From Amoebophrya sp. A120 (Eukaryota > Protista > Dinoflagellata), in NCBI GenBank assembly GCA_905178155.1, contig CAJINV010000004.1, forward strand, positions 2,741,456-2,805,455: a stretch of DNA of 64,000 bases. The letters run 5' to 3'. Positions 1-12,104 of this stretch are shown piece after piece. Below the pieces are notes generated by a model, which did not search any database, was not told where the DNA came from, and saw only the letters and a list, made by a program, of their open reading frames with translations. The position numbers and the translations under genes were made by a program. The stretch's first letter is position 1, and each line of letters opens with the position of its first letter.

Positions 1-43
1 AGTAGTCAGAGAGCAAAGTGGAACCTCTGAAAGCAAAGCAGGG

Positions 44-233
44 CTCCCTGATAGTAGGAAGCCAACTAGCGGCCCGCCGGGTTCTTCAAGGTGTCCTTAA
101 CCCGCCGACCTGAGTCGGCGACTTCCCTTAATTTCCCGGTTGAAATTAACGGAAGTCGCCGACTCCGGTCGGCGGGTTAAGGACACCTTGAAGAACCCGG
201 CGGGCCGCTAGTTGGCTTCCTACTATCAGGGAG
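44..233. repeat. Near-perfect ~190-bp palindrome (~90-bp arms, short loop)
   Basis: ctccctgatagtaggaagccaactagcggcccgccgggttcttcaaggtgtccttaacccgccgac... is mirrored by ...gtcggcgggttaaggacaccttgaagaacccggcgggccgctagttggcttcctactatcagggag. Confidence 0.95.
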
Positions 234-654
234 TGTAGTTGCTGGCACGTCATTCTTCTCCACTGACAGTACTAGGCAGTGTAGTTGCTGGCACGACAGT
301 ACTGGCAGGAGTTCCCACAGCTTGTTCTGGCGTGGAAGATGTTCTTGTGGTCGTCTTTGCAGGATCCGAACTACTGCTCTCAAGAACAGCCGGGCTTTTG
401 TAGTTTACGCTGTTGCTAGTGTTCACACGACCGTCAATCGGAAACACATCTGTGTTGGGATCGATTTTCGGAAAAGAGACAATTTTCGTGTCGCCCGGAC
501 CGGAGGCCGCAGGAGTCTCCTGGTTCGAAACTGTCGCAACCAACGACGCGGAAGACTGGAAATCCCCATGCCCCTCAGACGCAGTCGTGCTCGTGCGTCT
601 TATCTTCCCCTCATCGAATCAAATTGAGTCGTACTACCCCTCCATCTGCATCTG

Positions 655-2580
655 CTTTCTTCACGATCAGGCTCTGCAGGGCGGTAGCATATTTTTCGTG
701 CTACCACCCTCTCTCGGGTGGCTCTGGCCGGACCTTCGTCTTGTTCTACAAAGTCCGCGTCTACGAAATCAAGACACGAACTTTAGCTGCGCCTTAAAAA
801 TCTGAGATTCTTCCACTAGGCGGCTGCGCTGGATCGTGGGGAATTCAAATATGTATGGATCCGCACCTTGAATCGAGAAAAGATAGAAGGGATACATCTG
901 GAATCTCTATCAGAGAAAATCAATATCAGGATCTATCGACATCTCAGCAGCTCCTGGCCCAGATGTATATCTTTTCCTCATTCTCGAGGCTCCGCGCCCC
1001 CGTTTTCCGCTTTTTCGTCGTGGTCTAGTTTGCTTGTGCTTAGACTAGGGGCGACCTGCTAGCTTTCGTTCTTGCACCTTGTGCGCTCGTGGCCGTGGAA
1101 GAGAAGATGTGAACCCGTCCAAAGAAGATGTTGAGAGCCAGAGCCCGTCAAAAGAAGATGAAGTGCTGCCAGCGCTGTGGAGAGGGAAATCGCCGACCGG
1201 GACCATATTTCTAGATGGAATGCGCACACAGATGCGCGGGGCGCTGAGGCTCTACCTACTTTCTACTGTAAAGGGGCACAGCTGACCCGCCACGTACGGG
1301 TGTCTAACTATCTGGCATCGAAACTCCGTCGCAAGGAGTCGGGGGAGATACCGACGTGGCGTCAGTGGTGGTGAGTGTGTGTGTGCGATGGGTCTAACAA
1401 CTACTCTACGGCATAGCTCCCCCTGTTCTAGATTTTTCGGATCTCAGGGAACAAGGAAAAGCCTTGAGCCAAAATGGCTGTCGAATCAAATTGAGTCGCA
1501 CTACCCCTCCATCTGCATCTGTACAAAAGTATCATCGCATCAGTCGTACTCCACCTCCATCTGCATCAGTCGCACTACCCCTCCATCTCACAAAAGCACC
1601 GACTTTCGTTCCGTGCCAGGCGCTAACGCGCGGGCATGCATCACGACTAACACTATTGCATCCCGCCACTTGCTAGGTGGTCTGGCTGCTTACACCCCTC
1701 CAAACCCTTCACTCCGACTTTCGACCGTCTCCACGCCCTTCGAGCTCCACCATCCTGTGCTGTGGTGCTTGACTAGTAGCGCTTCTTAGGTCTACGCGAC
1801 GGGACTTAGATATTTTGACTGGGCATCAATTGTACTGCTCTTGCGGAATGCTACTGATCGCGTTCGTTCACTTGTTGTTCTTGATCACCTGCAGCGGCCA
1901 TCCCGGATGCCATGCGCCACTTGGTTTGATTGGGCATGCGCGGTTCCGCTCCTCCCGCGCCAACACCCCGCGCACCCCGCTCTGCGGCGCACTTTCTCCT
2001 TCTTGCGCGCTGCTGTGGTGATCGTCAAATTGAGTCGTACTACCCCTCCATCTGCATCTGTACCCCTCCATCCCCCGGAGGAAACGAGCAGGGAGGCACC
2101 GCTCTCAGGAGAAACACCTACTCGGCCAGCATTTGCTCCTGTTCCTTGTACCAGACGCGCCATGTTGCAACTACCACTCTTCGAGTTGCGGGCACTGAGG
2201 TACACTGCTGCAGCTTCTTCCCTTCGAGCCGCGGCCGGGTGCGCTCCGTCTGCTCACAAGCTTACCCTCTGTGGTGCGGCTGTCTACTCTGGGACGGTCC
2301 GGGGCTTGGGCGAGTTTAGGGTCATATTGGGCACCATATGTGTTAGGTGCTTGTCCCTTAACTCTGTAGACACTGCGCTGCCTCCGCCCTGGAGCAGCTT
2401 GAGGCAGAGCTCACCTCCCGTCTTTGTCACGATCAGGCGCTTCAAGGTGGTAGCATATTTGTCATGCTAACACCTTCTCTCGGATGGCTCTGGCCGGACC
2501 TTCGTCTCGTTCTACAAAGTTGGCGTCTACGAATGCAAGACACGAACTTTAGCGGCGCAAAAAGATCTGAGATTCTTCCA
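655..2580. repeat. Diverged ~160-bp direct repeat (655-815 and 2421-2580)
   Basis: Both read cacgatcaggc...ggctctggccggaccttcgtc...caagacacgaactttagc...atctgagattcttcca. A second shared block cacgactaacactattgca.cccgccacttg is at ~1642 and 3110. Confidence 0.85.
1463..1479 (-). other. Dinoflagellate spliced-leader (DinoSL) relic, 17 of 22 nt
   Basis: The minus strand reads AGCCATTTTGGCTCAAG, the 3' part of DinoSL DCCGTAGCCATTTTGGCTCAAG. Confidence 0.9.
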
Positions 2581-4708
2581 ATANNNNNNNNNNNNNNNNN
2601 NNNNNNNNNNNNNNNNNNNNNNNNNNNNNNNNNNNNNNNNNNNNNNNNNNNNNNNNNNNNNNNNNNNNNNNNNNNNNNNNNNNNNNNNNNNNNNNNNNNN
2701 NNNNNNNNNNNNNNNNNNNNNNNNNNNNNNNNNNNNNNNNNNNNNNNNNNNNNNNNNNNNNNNNNNNNNNNNNNNNNNNNNNNNNNNNNNNNNNNNNNNN
2801 NNNNNNNNNNNNNNNNNNNNNNNNNNNNNNNNNNNNNNNNNNNNNNNNNNNNNNNNNNNNNNNNNNNNNNNNNNNNNNNNNNNNNNNNNNNNNNNNNNNN
2901 NNNNNNNNNNNNNNNNNNNNNNNNNNNNNNNNNNNNNNNNNNNNNNNNNNNNNNNNNNNNNNNNNNNNNNNNNNNNNNNNNNNNNNNNNNNNNNNNNNNN
3001 NNNNNNNNNNNNNNNNNNNNNNNNNNNNNNNNNNNNNNNNNNNNNNNNNNNNNNNNNNNNNNNNNNNNNNNNNNNNNNNNNNNNNNNNNNNNNNNNNNNN
3101 NNNNNNNNNCACGACTAACACTATTGCACCCCGCCACTTGCCGTCGGTATCCACCAATACAAACGCATACAAAACTGGTCTATCATACTATACAATACTT
3201 ACATAGACTATATCATCGGTATCACACCAATACAATACTTACATAGACAGTGGGCGTTTCCCTGTCTATTTAAGTTGCCAAAGACCTTGAAAGTAGTCCG
3301 CTTGTTCTGGCGATACCTCCGCGAGCGTCTCGATTGGGTGCCAGCACAAGGACCGGGACGGAGTCATCCGGAGAACGCACCAGAAGGTGTGCGCGGGGTG
3401 GGGTGGCAACGAGCACCACGACCTCTGGATCGAGTTGTGGACGTACGCAGACTATCCAGCGACAGCGTGGCGTCTGGGTCTGGAAGAATGCAAGCATTGG
3501 GGGCACTATGTCCGAACTCCCGAAGAATCTGAATTGGGGCGGGGGGGCGGTGGCCCCTGCCCTATGTACCCAAGCCCCGCCCTACCACCACGCCCCCGCC
3601 CCCCCCCGGGTACAATACTCCACCTACTCCGCCCTACCACCAAGCCCCCCCCCCTGATTCCGAGGCCTTACTCGTAGATTTTTGTAGATTTATTCGTTGA
3701 CAGGAGGTGCCTGTAGCAGGCGAGCGGGGATTCGGTCTAAACTTCTAGGCCGCACCTACGGGCGTGTGTGTTTGGGTTTTCTCTGTCCCATTCGCGAGTG
3801 CTTGTGGTGCGGTACAAAAAAAGGGGAGCGTGCACTCATGTCCGATCGACCTTCAGGCGAAGACGGACCGCTGGCACGACTCAACAATTATTGTCGTCAT
3901 CGACAACGAACACAATCATCAAGCAGCCGAACCGTTGATGCTGTGAAATTCATTCGCGACGAAACGTCGCATCGTTGAGAGCCATCGCTGAGCTCTTGGC
4001 GATTCCGTTGAGGCGTCTCAAACCGTTGAGATGCAGCCGTTCCTTCGGGACATATCGGCTACAGCGTGGTAGTTGATAGGTGAAATGTCGGGCCCCCACA
4101 CGGATTCGCGCTTTTAACATGAGAGATTTCGCAAGATTTCCTTCGTGTTTTAGCATAAGGCCGTGCATAGTATTGAGATGCAACCGTTGAGATTGAACCG
4201 TTGAGATTCCTGTATAACAACCCTTTTTCTTGCTGTCGAATCAAATACAAATTGCGTCGTACTACCCCTCCATCTGCATCTGTACGTTTACTTCAACTCC
4301 TTACATACCCATCTATCTGTGCGCGAGTTGGTCATGGACGAAAGCGAAAGGTGGTGGAGTGGTACCTTCTACAACTATGTACAAATAGATCATGATAGAT
4401 CCGCTTCCGCGCGCATTTTCGCTACTTTTTTTTCATTATTTCTAAATGAGCTGAGCATCATCTGACAAAGGCCAAACGACGCCAAGCATTTTTCTTGCCT
4501 CTTATTGAAAACCTAAATCGATCATCTTGGGCTGCAGAGAGACACAGATGTGGTCCGGTATCGTCCAGGGACTCACACTCTTCTGCAAGTGATTGCCTCA
4601 CTCTGCAACTCCTGCAATGGCCTGATCTCACCTTTGGCACTAGGATGAAGATCGACCAAAAATTCATCAGCTTCCTCGTTCACAAGGACGTCATTTCCTT
4701 CCTTGTTG

Positions 4709-5036
4709 TTGTTCACAAAGGCGGCCATAAAGATGGAATGATATGCTCTCTGCCAAGGAGGTTTTTCTCCCTGGAGAGGCCGGATATCGCATGTCAAAGA
4801 ATGTGATTGATATATCTTTTTGTAGTTGAAGATGTTTATTTTTTTGATTGCGTTGTCGTTTTCGTCATGTAGTTTCCTTCCTTGTTCACAAAGGCGGCCA
4901 TAAAGCTGGAATGATATGCTCTCTGCCAAGGAGGTTTTTCTCCCTGCAGAGGCCGGATATCGCATGTCAAAGAATGTGATTGATATATCTTTTTGTAGTT
5001 GAAGATGTTTATTTTTTGATTGCGTTGTCGTTTTTT
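4709..5036. repeat. Tandem duplication, ~155-bp unit, period ~173
   Basis: ttgttcacaaaggcggccataaag...gattgcgttgtcgtttt starts at 4709 and again at 4882, nearly identical. Confidence 0.9.
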
Positions 5037-6421
5037 TTTCTGGTCTATAGCGGCCAAGCCATTTCTGTCGTTTTGTGACTCTGTACTGTGAGAACGAGAA
5101 GTAATTACAGTCAGACGCCTTGGAATAAACAGGATCACAGAAATAGCAAGGCGCTTTTGCTAACATTGCCTTTCAAAAAAAAAAAGGGTACTGCCTAATA
5201 GTCTTAGTCTGCCGGCTTCAAAGGGTACAGTTTGTAACCGCACAAAAGTTCGCTCTCGCTCGCTATTATTTTATATCAAACTAAACAGTCTAGTCTGGCT
5301 GCTCAGATGCAGTCTCTGAGCTTTTCAATTATATGAAAATACCTCCGTAGAGGCAGGATTTGTCTCGCCGCCAGCCATGAGATTGACAAAAATTAGTCTA
5401 CTGGATCTGCAGCAGATAAAGGTTCAAGTTGAGACTGCAATAATTCCTGCAGTGTTAGTTAAGCTGCACAAAAGAACGTGTTCTCGAGATGTATAAAAAA
5501 AAATACGAACTACTTCTGACCTATCATTAGCTATAAGATGCTATTTTACTTTGTTCGAGAAAAATGTGCCAGCCCGAGTGTCAGGTTGGCGAAACCAACA
5601 CTCCCGAATCGGTGTCAATGGGCTTCGGCTTGTCTAGACGCTTCTTTTTTTGAGTATATCAATTTCTTTCTTATGCATGATGATGAATGTTTGTAGAGTG
5701 TTAATATGCCCTACTGCTGATAATGAAAACGTGCCTCGGCCATCACAGAAATCGCCCGGCGACATCTTTGCTTTACACCTGCTTGTCGCACGACCGGAGT
5801 TCTACTCACTGGTATTGATAGTGAGTTGCGCACCAGCCATTTCCATTTGCCTCCCCCTCAGCGCCCCAATGCTTAACTCCGCCACTGTAGTTCTGCTGGT
5901 TGTAGTTGTTCATCTTTGACCTTTTATATTGCAACCCCGACGGGTAATCCCGCCAGAATTTGAAGTCATCGCTTTTGCAATCGTTGAAGTTTCGCCGGAA
6001 TTGTCGAACCAGCGACGCCATATGCTGACTCCGCTCACACGAAAAATTCACGTAAGAATCTCGGAAGTGGTCCAACCCTTCTGGCTGCGAGTGTTTGCCC
6101 CAATCGCCATAGCACGAAATTGCGGCGGCGGAGCAGCACCGCGACACGATGTCAACCGTAAGCGTTACTTCAGGAAAAACCACCATTTCTGTAAAGTTGT
6201 AATTTTAATGTGCTTTTACGTTAATTCATCAATTATGCACGACCATATGCATTCGGTTTAGTTTTTATTAGAGGAAACGGGGCAGGCTCGCAGATGTTCT
6301 TCGTGTTCACTCGTGGCTCCCACATCATGTTGTCTCACAACGAATAAATGAATAGCAGTCCGATAGACAAAAAATCGCTGACCACGTTCTTTCGGCGCTG
6401 CAGCACGCAATAAAAATGTAT

Positions 6422-7387
6422 CTATGTATCTATATAATTGATACCCTCATCCCGGAGGACTGCAATCGGATCATTCGGATACGCGCCACCAGAGGACTGC
6501 GCCTCCAGAAATCTATCGGCGTCCGTGATGCGATAGATCGGAATAGCAGCCTGGCCCGCGGGCATGTGCACCGGCGTGACGCGCGTGACCCTCAGCCAGT
6601 GGCTTCGAAAGGGGTCCGGCCCCGTCTTCGCGTACCCACCGAGCGGGAAGTCGGTACTGGCACCGCGATAGAGCGCGACGATTTGTCCCCTGGCAAGGAG
6701 CTGGTTTCCTCTGTCGGGCAGGACGTCGAAAATGACTACTTGGTATTCTTTAAGAAGCAAGTTACTCAAGTCGTCACATTCGTCCCGCTTCATCTGCGTC
6801 GTCGCGACCACCACTGCAGCGTCCGTTCCGTTGCTGATCTCTGCAGTTTTGCGCAGGACAGCACGCCCAAGCTCGGCCTGCAAGGCCGTGTCGTCGGACG
6901 CGGAGAGCCGCTCGCACCGCAAAGCGTAGTCGTCTGCCTCTGGATCCGAACTGTACGCCTTCGCGTCGAGTAGCCCGTTGCTGCAGGTTGTCTGCGCGCG
7001 GCCCCGGCGGGGGGCAGCAGCTTTTCCTGGGTCTTCGCGGGAGAAGAAGCTGCGGGGCAGTGCGGGAAGAATCCGGACCGCAGGGGCAGAATAGTGGTCG
7101 CTGATGAAGATCGCCTTGCAAGTGGTTGTAATCTTTCGGTTCGGCGCCGCAGTCCTCAGTCTGAAAACCATCGTGCTGTCTGTCTTCAGAGGTAACGCAG
7201 GAAGACTTATTGTGTTCCCGTTGATAATGTTCACAAAGTTTTCTACTCCACAACCCTGCGCAGAGGGGGTCGGACACAGCAGGTCGACGACGGGAGGCGG
7301 ATTGCTTGGTGGAATAACGCGTGGTGGAGCGCAGCAGTTGCTGGCTGGCAAAAAGTTGTTTGCCGGGTTCTCCGGCGGACAACTCAT
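6422..7387 (-). CDS. Uncharacterised protein (321-aa ORF; may be an exon of a larger gene with 7593-9494 and 5806-6186)
   Basis: Long GC-rich ORF with globular-looking sequence; no family recognised. Confidence 0.55.
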   Translation of the reverse strand: MSCPPENPANNFLPASNCCAPPRVIPPSNPPPVVDLLCPTPSAQGCGVENFVNIINGNTISLPALPLKTDSTMVFRLRTAAPNRKITTTCKAIFISDHYSAPAVRILPALPRSFFSREDPGKAAAPRRGRAQTTCSNGLLDAKAYSSDPEADDYALRCERLSASDDTALQAELGRAVLRKTAEISNGTDAAVVVATTQMKRDECDDLSNLLLKEYQVVIFDVLPDRGNQLLARGQIVALYRGASTDFPLGGYAKTGPDPFRSHWLRVTRVTPVHMPAGQAAIPIYRITDADRFLEAQSSGGAYPNDPIAVLRDEGINYIDT

Positions 7388-7592
7388 CGCCCAATTACCT
7401 TTTTTTCAATTTTCTACATTACCTACAAAATCAAAATTTCATTTCCAGCTCGGCTGTTTGTGCCGACGTCCAGTCTATCTACCTACAAACTGAGGTCACG
7501 TTTCGCTATGAGAAAGGGGATCCAACGTCTGCAAAAAACAATGTCCGCAAGCAGCTGGTGCAGATGCCACTTCTTCTACAACACTAAGTACG

Positions 7593-9494
7593 TCAACAAT
7601 CCTCGGATGTAAAAATAAATTTACTATTCCATTCGTTGGGAACAGGTCCAGGTCCAGGCTGTAGCACCGTGTGCCAGCCAATATCACCCGGCGGGTGCGG
7701 GTGCGAAGCGGAGTTTGTGTTGTGCAGCTCGCAGTAGGTCGGTTGCTGTCCCTGCACATGCAGCTGTTCTTGCGGTGCATGTAGTTGCATCTGCGACTGC
7801 GGCATGGAAGCCAGATTAGCTGCTGCTGCTGTGCCACCTCTTCCATCAAAATTGCTATACCCGTTTTGCTGGATCATTATTTGCGGTTGTGCACCGGAAT
7901 TGGGCACAGCTGCAGGATTGTAGGCATTGTTGTACTCGTTCTGCATCCCCGAAGCGTCAAGAGCTTTGTCGTAGTTGTTGCATGCTGCACTAGTTAGGTT
8001 GTTGTGGTACGGGCCATTGTTCCCGCCTAGTACTGGGCCACTCAGTATCATGGGCACGTCGTTGCTACGTACCTGCACATCCTGATGTTGCAACACACCC
8101 ACAGCACCTGCTCGTCCGTTGTGGGTGTTTATGCCGTAGAAACAAGCCGGCGCCGGGCCTTGCTGAGTGTGCTGGCTGCTAAGAGGAGGACAATCTGGCT
8201 GTGGCGTCCCTTCTTGTTGATGCTGCGGATGTCCCGGCACCAGCCCCTGCACCTGTTGTGGCTGCGGCGGCAGTTGCTGCGGTACTTGCTGCGGCAGTTG
8301 CTGCGGTACTTGCGGCAGCTGCTGTGTTAGGGTTAGCTGTTCCCCCCTTGGTACGAGTCCGAAAAAAATTGCTTCGCCTAGACGGCCCTTCGGAAGAGAC
8401 ATATCAGCAGGATGGCTGTTTCCTGCCACATTGAAAACATTGCTTCGCGGCGCAGCAATTGGATCTGGCCTGGCGCTGTAAAAAGTCCCTCCGTTCGGTT
8501 GTGTCTCCAAGTTGTACTGGTAACCAGAAGAAGCGCGATCTTCACTCGCTGGCGCCATGTTTGGCTCCGGCATCGTCTCCATCTGTGTCATTATGTGGCT
8601 ACTCATAACCGCTTGTTGATGTTGCGCACCACGATCTGCCGCCACACTCACACTCATCCCGGGTGCGGGTAGCTGTGGGTCGTGTCCGTGTGGCTCCAAC
8701 ATATTAACTTGTGGCGCACCACAAAAATTATGCGGTGTCAAGAAGTTCGGAGCTAGCGTATTTAGCCCAGCAGGTGCGGCCGCGCCATAATGTGCGATCG
8801 GTCTGCTCTGTGCGACGATATCGTCTCGACTGACCACAGGAAGTGCGGAGGTCGGTTCATTTACTTTCTGCGCAAGCATTTCTTCATCTCGACTGAGAAC
8901 AGGAAGCGTTCCTGAACAAGACGCGCCACCGCTTTCCGGACCCGTCGCGGTTTGTGGTAAGTTGTAACAAGCGTGCACGCCATTGCCGTAATTGTTGTAG
9001 CTGTTCGGCGTTGGGGTTGGCGTGGGAGTGGTGGTCAGAAGATTCTCGTCCATCGGAGACAGCCCTTCGTCCGCGGTACTTCCGCAGTAAGAGTGCGTAC
9101 TAGCCGGCGCACGTCCATCCAGGTCTTCTTTTGATAGTGCAAGTCTTAGATCTGCTGGCTCAAGAACATGATCTTCGTGCCCTGCAACAGAAGTCTTGGT
9201 AAAAATATTCGATCTAGTATTCCGAAAAGTATCCTGCGGGTACGTGACACCGCGCTGCAGCTGAGTCGCATCATCGTGGTCAAAAGGCAGAGGCGCGAGA
9301 CTGTCCTCCTCCTCCTCAGCTTGATAGGCACGCACATTCCCAGCAGCCGGTGCCGAACGTATCGACTGCGAGCGATGTAAAGCACGAGGCGAGAAATTGC
9401 TCTGCTCTTCGGGAGCCATAGCCGAGGACGCATTCGGATTTGCAACAGTGGCGTGCTGCTGGTGCTGCTGTAGATCTCCCGTTGCGGCTCTCAT
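7593..9494 (-). CDS. Low-complexity Q/N/P-rich protein (large exon)
   Basis: 633-aa ORF from ATG 9494 with QQLPQQVP repeats; a possible GT donor lies near the 3' end. Confidence 0.65.
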   Translation of the reverse strand: MRAATGDLQQHQQHATVANPNASSAMAPEEQSNFSPRALHRSQSIRSAPAAGNVRAYQAEEEEDSLAPLPFDHDDATQLQRGVTYPQDTFRNTRSNIFTKTSVAGHEDHVLEPADLRLALSKEDLDGRAPASTHSYCGSTADEGLSPMDENLLTTTPTPTPTPNSYNNYGNGVHACYNLPQTATGPESGGASCSGTLPVLSRDEEMLAQKVNEPTSALPVVSRDDIVAQSRPIAHYGAAAPAGLNTLAPNFLTPHNFCGAPQVNMLEPHGHDPQLPAPGMSVSVAADRGAQHQQAVMSSHIMTQMETMPEPNMAPASEDRASSGYQYNLETQPNGGTFYSARPDPIAAPRSNVFNVAGNSHPADMSLPKGRLGEAIFFGLVPRGEQLTLTQQLPQVPQQLPQQVPQQLPPQPQQVQGLVPGHPQHQQEGTPQPDCPPLSSQHTQQGPAPACFYGINTHNGRAGAVGVLQHQDVQVRSNDVPMILSGPVLGGNNGPYHNNLTSAACNNYDKALDASGMQNEYNNAYNPAAVPNSGAQPQIMIQQNGYSNFDGRGGTAAAANLASMPQSQMQLHAPQEQLHVQGQQPTYCELHNTNSASHPHPPGDIGWHTVLQPGPGPVPNEWNSKFIFTSEDC

Positions 9495-9504
9495 CGTTGA
9501 CAAA

Positions 9505-9542
9505 CTGAAACCTAACCCTGACTAAACCCTAAACCCTAAAAC
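9505..9542 (-). repeat. Degenerate interstitial telomeric (TTTAGGG)n
   Basis: aaacctaaccctgactaaaccctaaaccctaaa directly upstream of the ORF start. Confidence 0.7.
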
Positions 9543-10554
9543 TGTGAAAACGCCTTTTGTTCTTAAAGTACAATCCGAAAGTAGCTTTACTTTTTGTTTC
9601 TGGTACCTTAATCTTCACAAATCGATTTCCCGCCTAAATCAGATGCCTTTCATTCATCTTTGTTGTATATACTTCGTTGTGTTCCGTCGAGCTTGAAGAG
9701 TTATATTTCTATCTGAAATAGAGTTCACCTACACCTCTTGGTCAAGGCCGCTCGTCTGGCGTCGAGGACCACAAGTAGTCAGACGTACACTATGTTCCTA
9801 CATGATCGTATCTCGTACGAGAAACGAAGTACAAAAATAATGGTGCGTCCTCGACTCCATAGAACTATACAACAGAGTTGTTTGCCTGCGCATTTTTTAC
9901 AAAATATCTTTGCAAGGAGATCGACAGAAGTGGCTTCACTTGTTCTTGTGGTCCTTGTCTATATCATATACAATTGCAGTTTTTGTTTTTGAGCTTGTTC
10001 ATCACGACGTAGTCTCACTCGTGAAGTGAGCCTGGTTGTTGGACTGGACAGAGCAAAGGATCGTCGTTGAAAACGAGAGCAATGCTCCATGTCAGCGAGG
10101 ATCGATGACTGTGAACTTCGACTCTTCTTGAGAGCGACACAGAGTGCGGAACCATAAATCAGCATAAACTAATTCAAGTTCTCCATATAATTGCGACGGC
10201 TACAGGACATCAGAAGAGAACTCTTAACTACATTGCGATTGCTGACGACCAAGTACAATGGTGAGAATGAGCCTTCGCCTTCGGATCTTGTGGTTGTGCC
10301 GCGTAGTACGAGTCCACGAATAGATAAGAATAAAGCACTTCGGTTAAATTTTGCTGTAATACGCGTTTTTGCCGTCGTACTCACAGGACGGGACATGATC
10401 AGAATGTACGTACTTGTTTCACACGAATGCTGAACCACATCAATGCGCCCCCTTCGAGTCAAAGTCACAACTCTCACTCTGGCACGATGCAATCATCATC
10501 AGCTTCTACCTCCTTATGTCCACAACTGCTTCCACCATTCGTGGTTTGCGTCAG

Positions 10555-11434
10555 TCACCGTCCCGCTTTCTCAAGATTGCTCACTTCCGCTTCAAACGCT
10601 TCCCGCATCCCGGTCACGGTAGCAGTTAGCTCCTGCGCCTGATTGCGCATACTTCGCATTTCATCAAGAATCGCCTCCCCTGCGACGTTATGAACTGCAA
10701 AAGGAAAAGTCTCGTACTCGTATAACTGCATTACAAATTTCCTCAGCATGAGAAGTAAAATTTGTATATGCGAATTTACCTTAAAGAAAAGATTTGCAAT
10801 GCATGATTGCAATACGAGTGCGATACTTTTGCACAGGATAGACATCCTGCTTCTCCTCCGCGGTCGGTGGCGGGCTAGCACCGCCGCCCGCGGCCGTTGC
10901 AGAGCCTGCTGCATCTCCTTTTTCACTATCGGCGAATGAGGTGCTTTTGTTGCCTTTCTTGGCGGGACGATCAACAGATGAAGATGCTGCACAAGTAGTT
11001 GATGTCCTCTTCATCACCCCGCGACCAGCGCCAGTTCTCCGCGTAGAAGATTGCTCGTCTACGATCACCGGCGGTGCGTACAGAGAAACCCCTCGTTTCC
11101 TGTTCTCCCGGAATTTTTCCAGAGCCTTTGCGGACTGCAAACTCGCGTATCCCGCGTGCTTGGCTGCGTCGTCGGCAAACATGCGCCCGGGTCCGGGTTT
11201 CTGCAGCCCTGCCGCGCGGGCGGCGTAGTAGGAGGCTTTATCCGAGTACTCCTTCCCCTGTTGCAGCAACGCTTCCGGCCCGGCAAGCCGGTGTCCGCAC
11301 GGACAAGCGGCGAGCACGGACGACTGTTTGGTGCGGAGTCCGAGCATAGCCTCGCTGATCTGCGCGGAAGCCTCACCAAGGGCGTCCAGAAAACTCGTTT
11401 TGTTGTGGGGGAGAGAAGGGAAGGAGGAAGACAT
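10555..11434 (-). CDS. Uncharacterised protein, 2 exons (one introner)
   Basis: ORF from 11434 joins the 10555 frame (...EKQDV|AGEAILDEMR...) when 10684-10840 is removed. Confidence 0.7.
10689..10840 (-). mobile_element. Introner, family A (152 bp)
   Basis: TAT..ATA ends, TGCAAAAG TIR, direct repeat gacgt/gacat. Confidence 0.9.
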
Positions 11435-12104
11435 TTTTGACGTTTTCTTTTTTGTGGACCACTTGGGAGATTAGATCAGAGCCGTCCGTGTGTAAATCTG
11501 CACTAAATGGGGCAGGAGCTCGAGCTCGATTGATGAACTGGAAAAATGTACAAGATAAACATCCACATGGACGATGTTACCAGTTGGAAGAGGAAAGCCG
11601 AATGCGTTACCCGAAATTTTTATTTTAGTCTTCAAAGATTGAGCCACAGACGCGAAAATCACAATTCCTTGCTTTTTTTACGACTGAAATGCCATGCTCC
11701 GCTACAACACTGCTATCACACGAATGCGATTTTTACGAAGGAGCGGCCACTGCTCAACAAGCGATTGCGATTCACCGTCAGCTTCTTCCATTGTTATGTA
11801 TTGTGAAAATTATCGAAGCTTCAATCAACAGCAACAGGGCGAGCGAATCGATAATACGAGAAGAAACAGAACCGAAAATAACACCATGACGAGTGCGCTA
11901 CTTTCATTTATGCTGAAGATGTGTGTCCTCGTCCAATAAGTTCTTTCTGACCATTATTTTGATGCTGTCAAGTTGAATTCCATCTAGCGACAACGCTTGC
12001 CCTCCATCGCGAAAATGCGTAGTCTGGATTGTTTCCTGCTCCCGATCCATCGTAGAATCGTAGCGAACTACGGAACAACCAAATGATCGCAAATCTTCGC
12101 ATGA

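Larger units (their letters stand above)
614..4282. repeat. Dispersed 41-nt motif TCGAATCAAATTGAGTCGTACTACCCCTCCATCTGCATCTG
   Basis: Copies at 614-654, 1481-1521, 2022-2060 and 4236-4282; partial tandem copies at ~1541-1588. Confidence 0.9.

Noticed and set aside
2442-3246. Long ORFs across the first N run
   Set aside because: Artefacts of the assembly gap.
614-4282. CRISPR-like repeat-spacer array
   Set aside because: Spacers are 500-2200 bp and irregular, there are no cas genes, and the context is eukaryotic.
10692-10839. AT-TC boundaries with a 2-bp repeat as the excision rule
   Set aside because: It keeps the frame here but does not rebuild conserved motifs such as LDEAD; the 5-bp repeat model fits all sites.
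10748-10939. Recurring peptides such as CKSIVLV, QKYRTRI and KFVMH as a protein repeat family
   Set aside because: They are translations of introner DNA.
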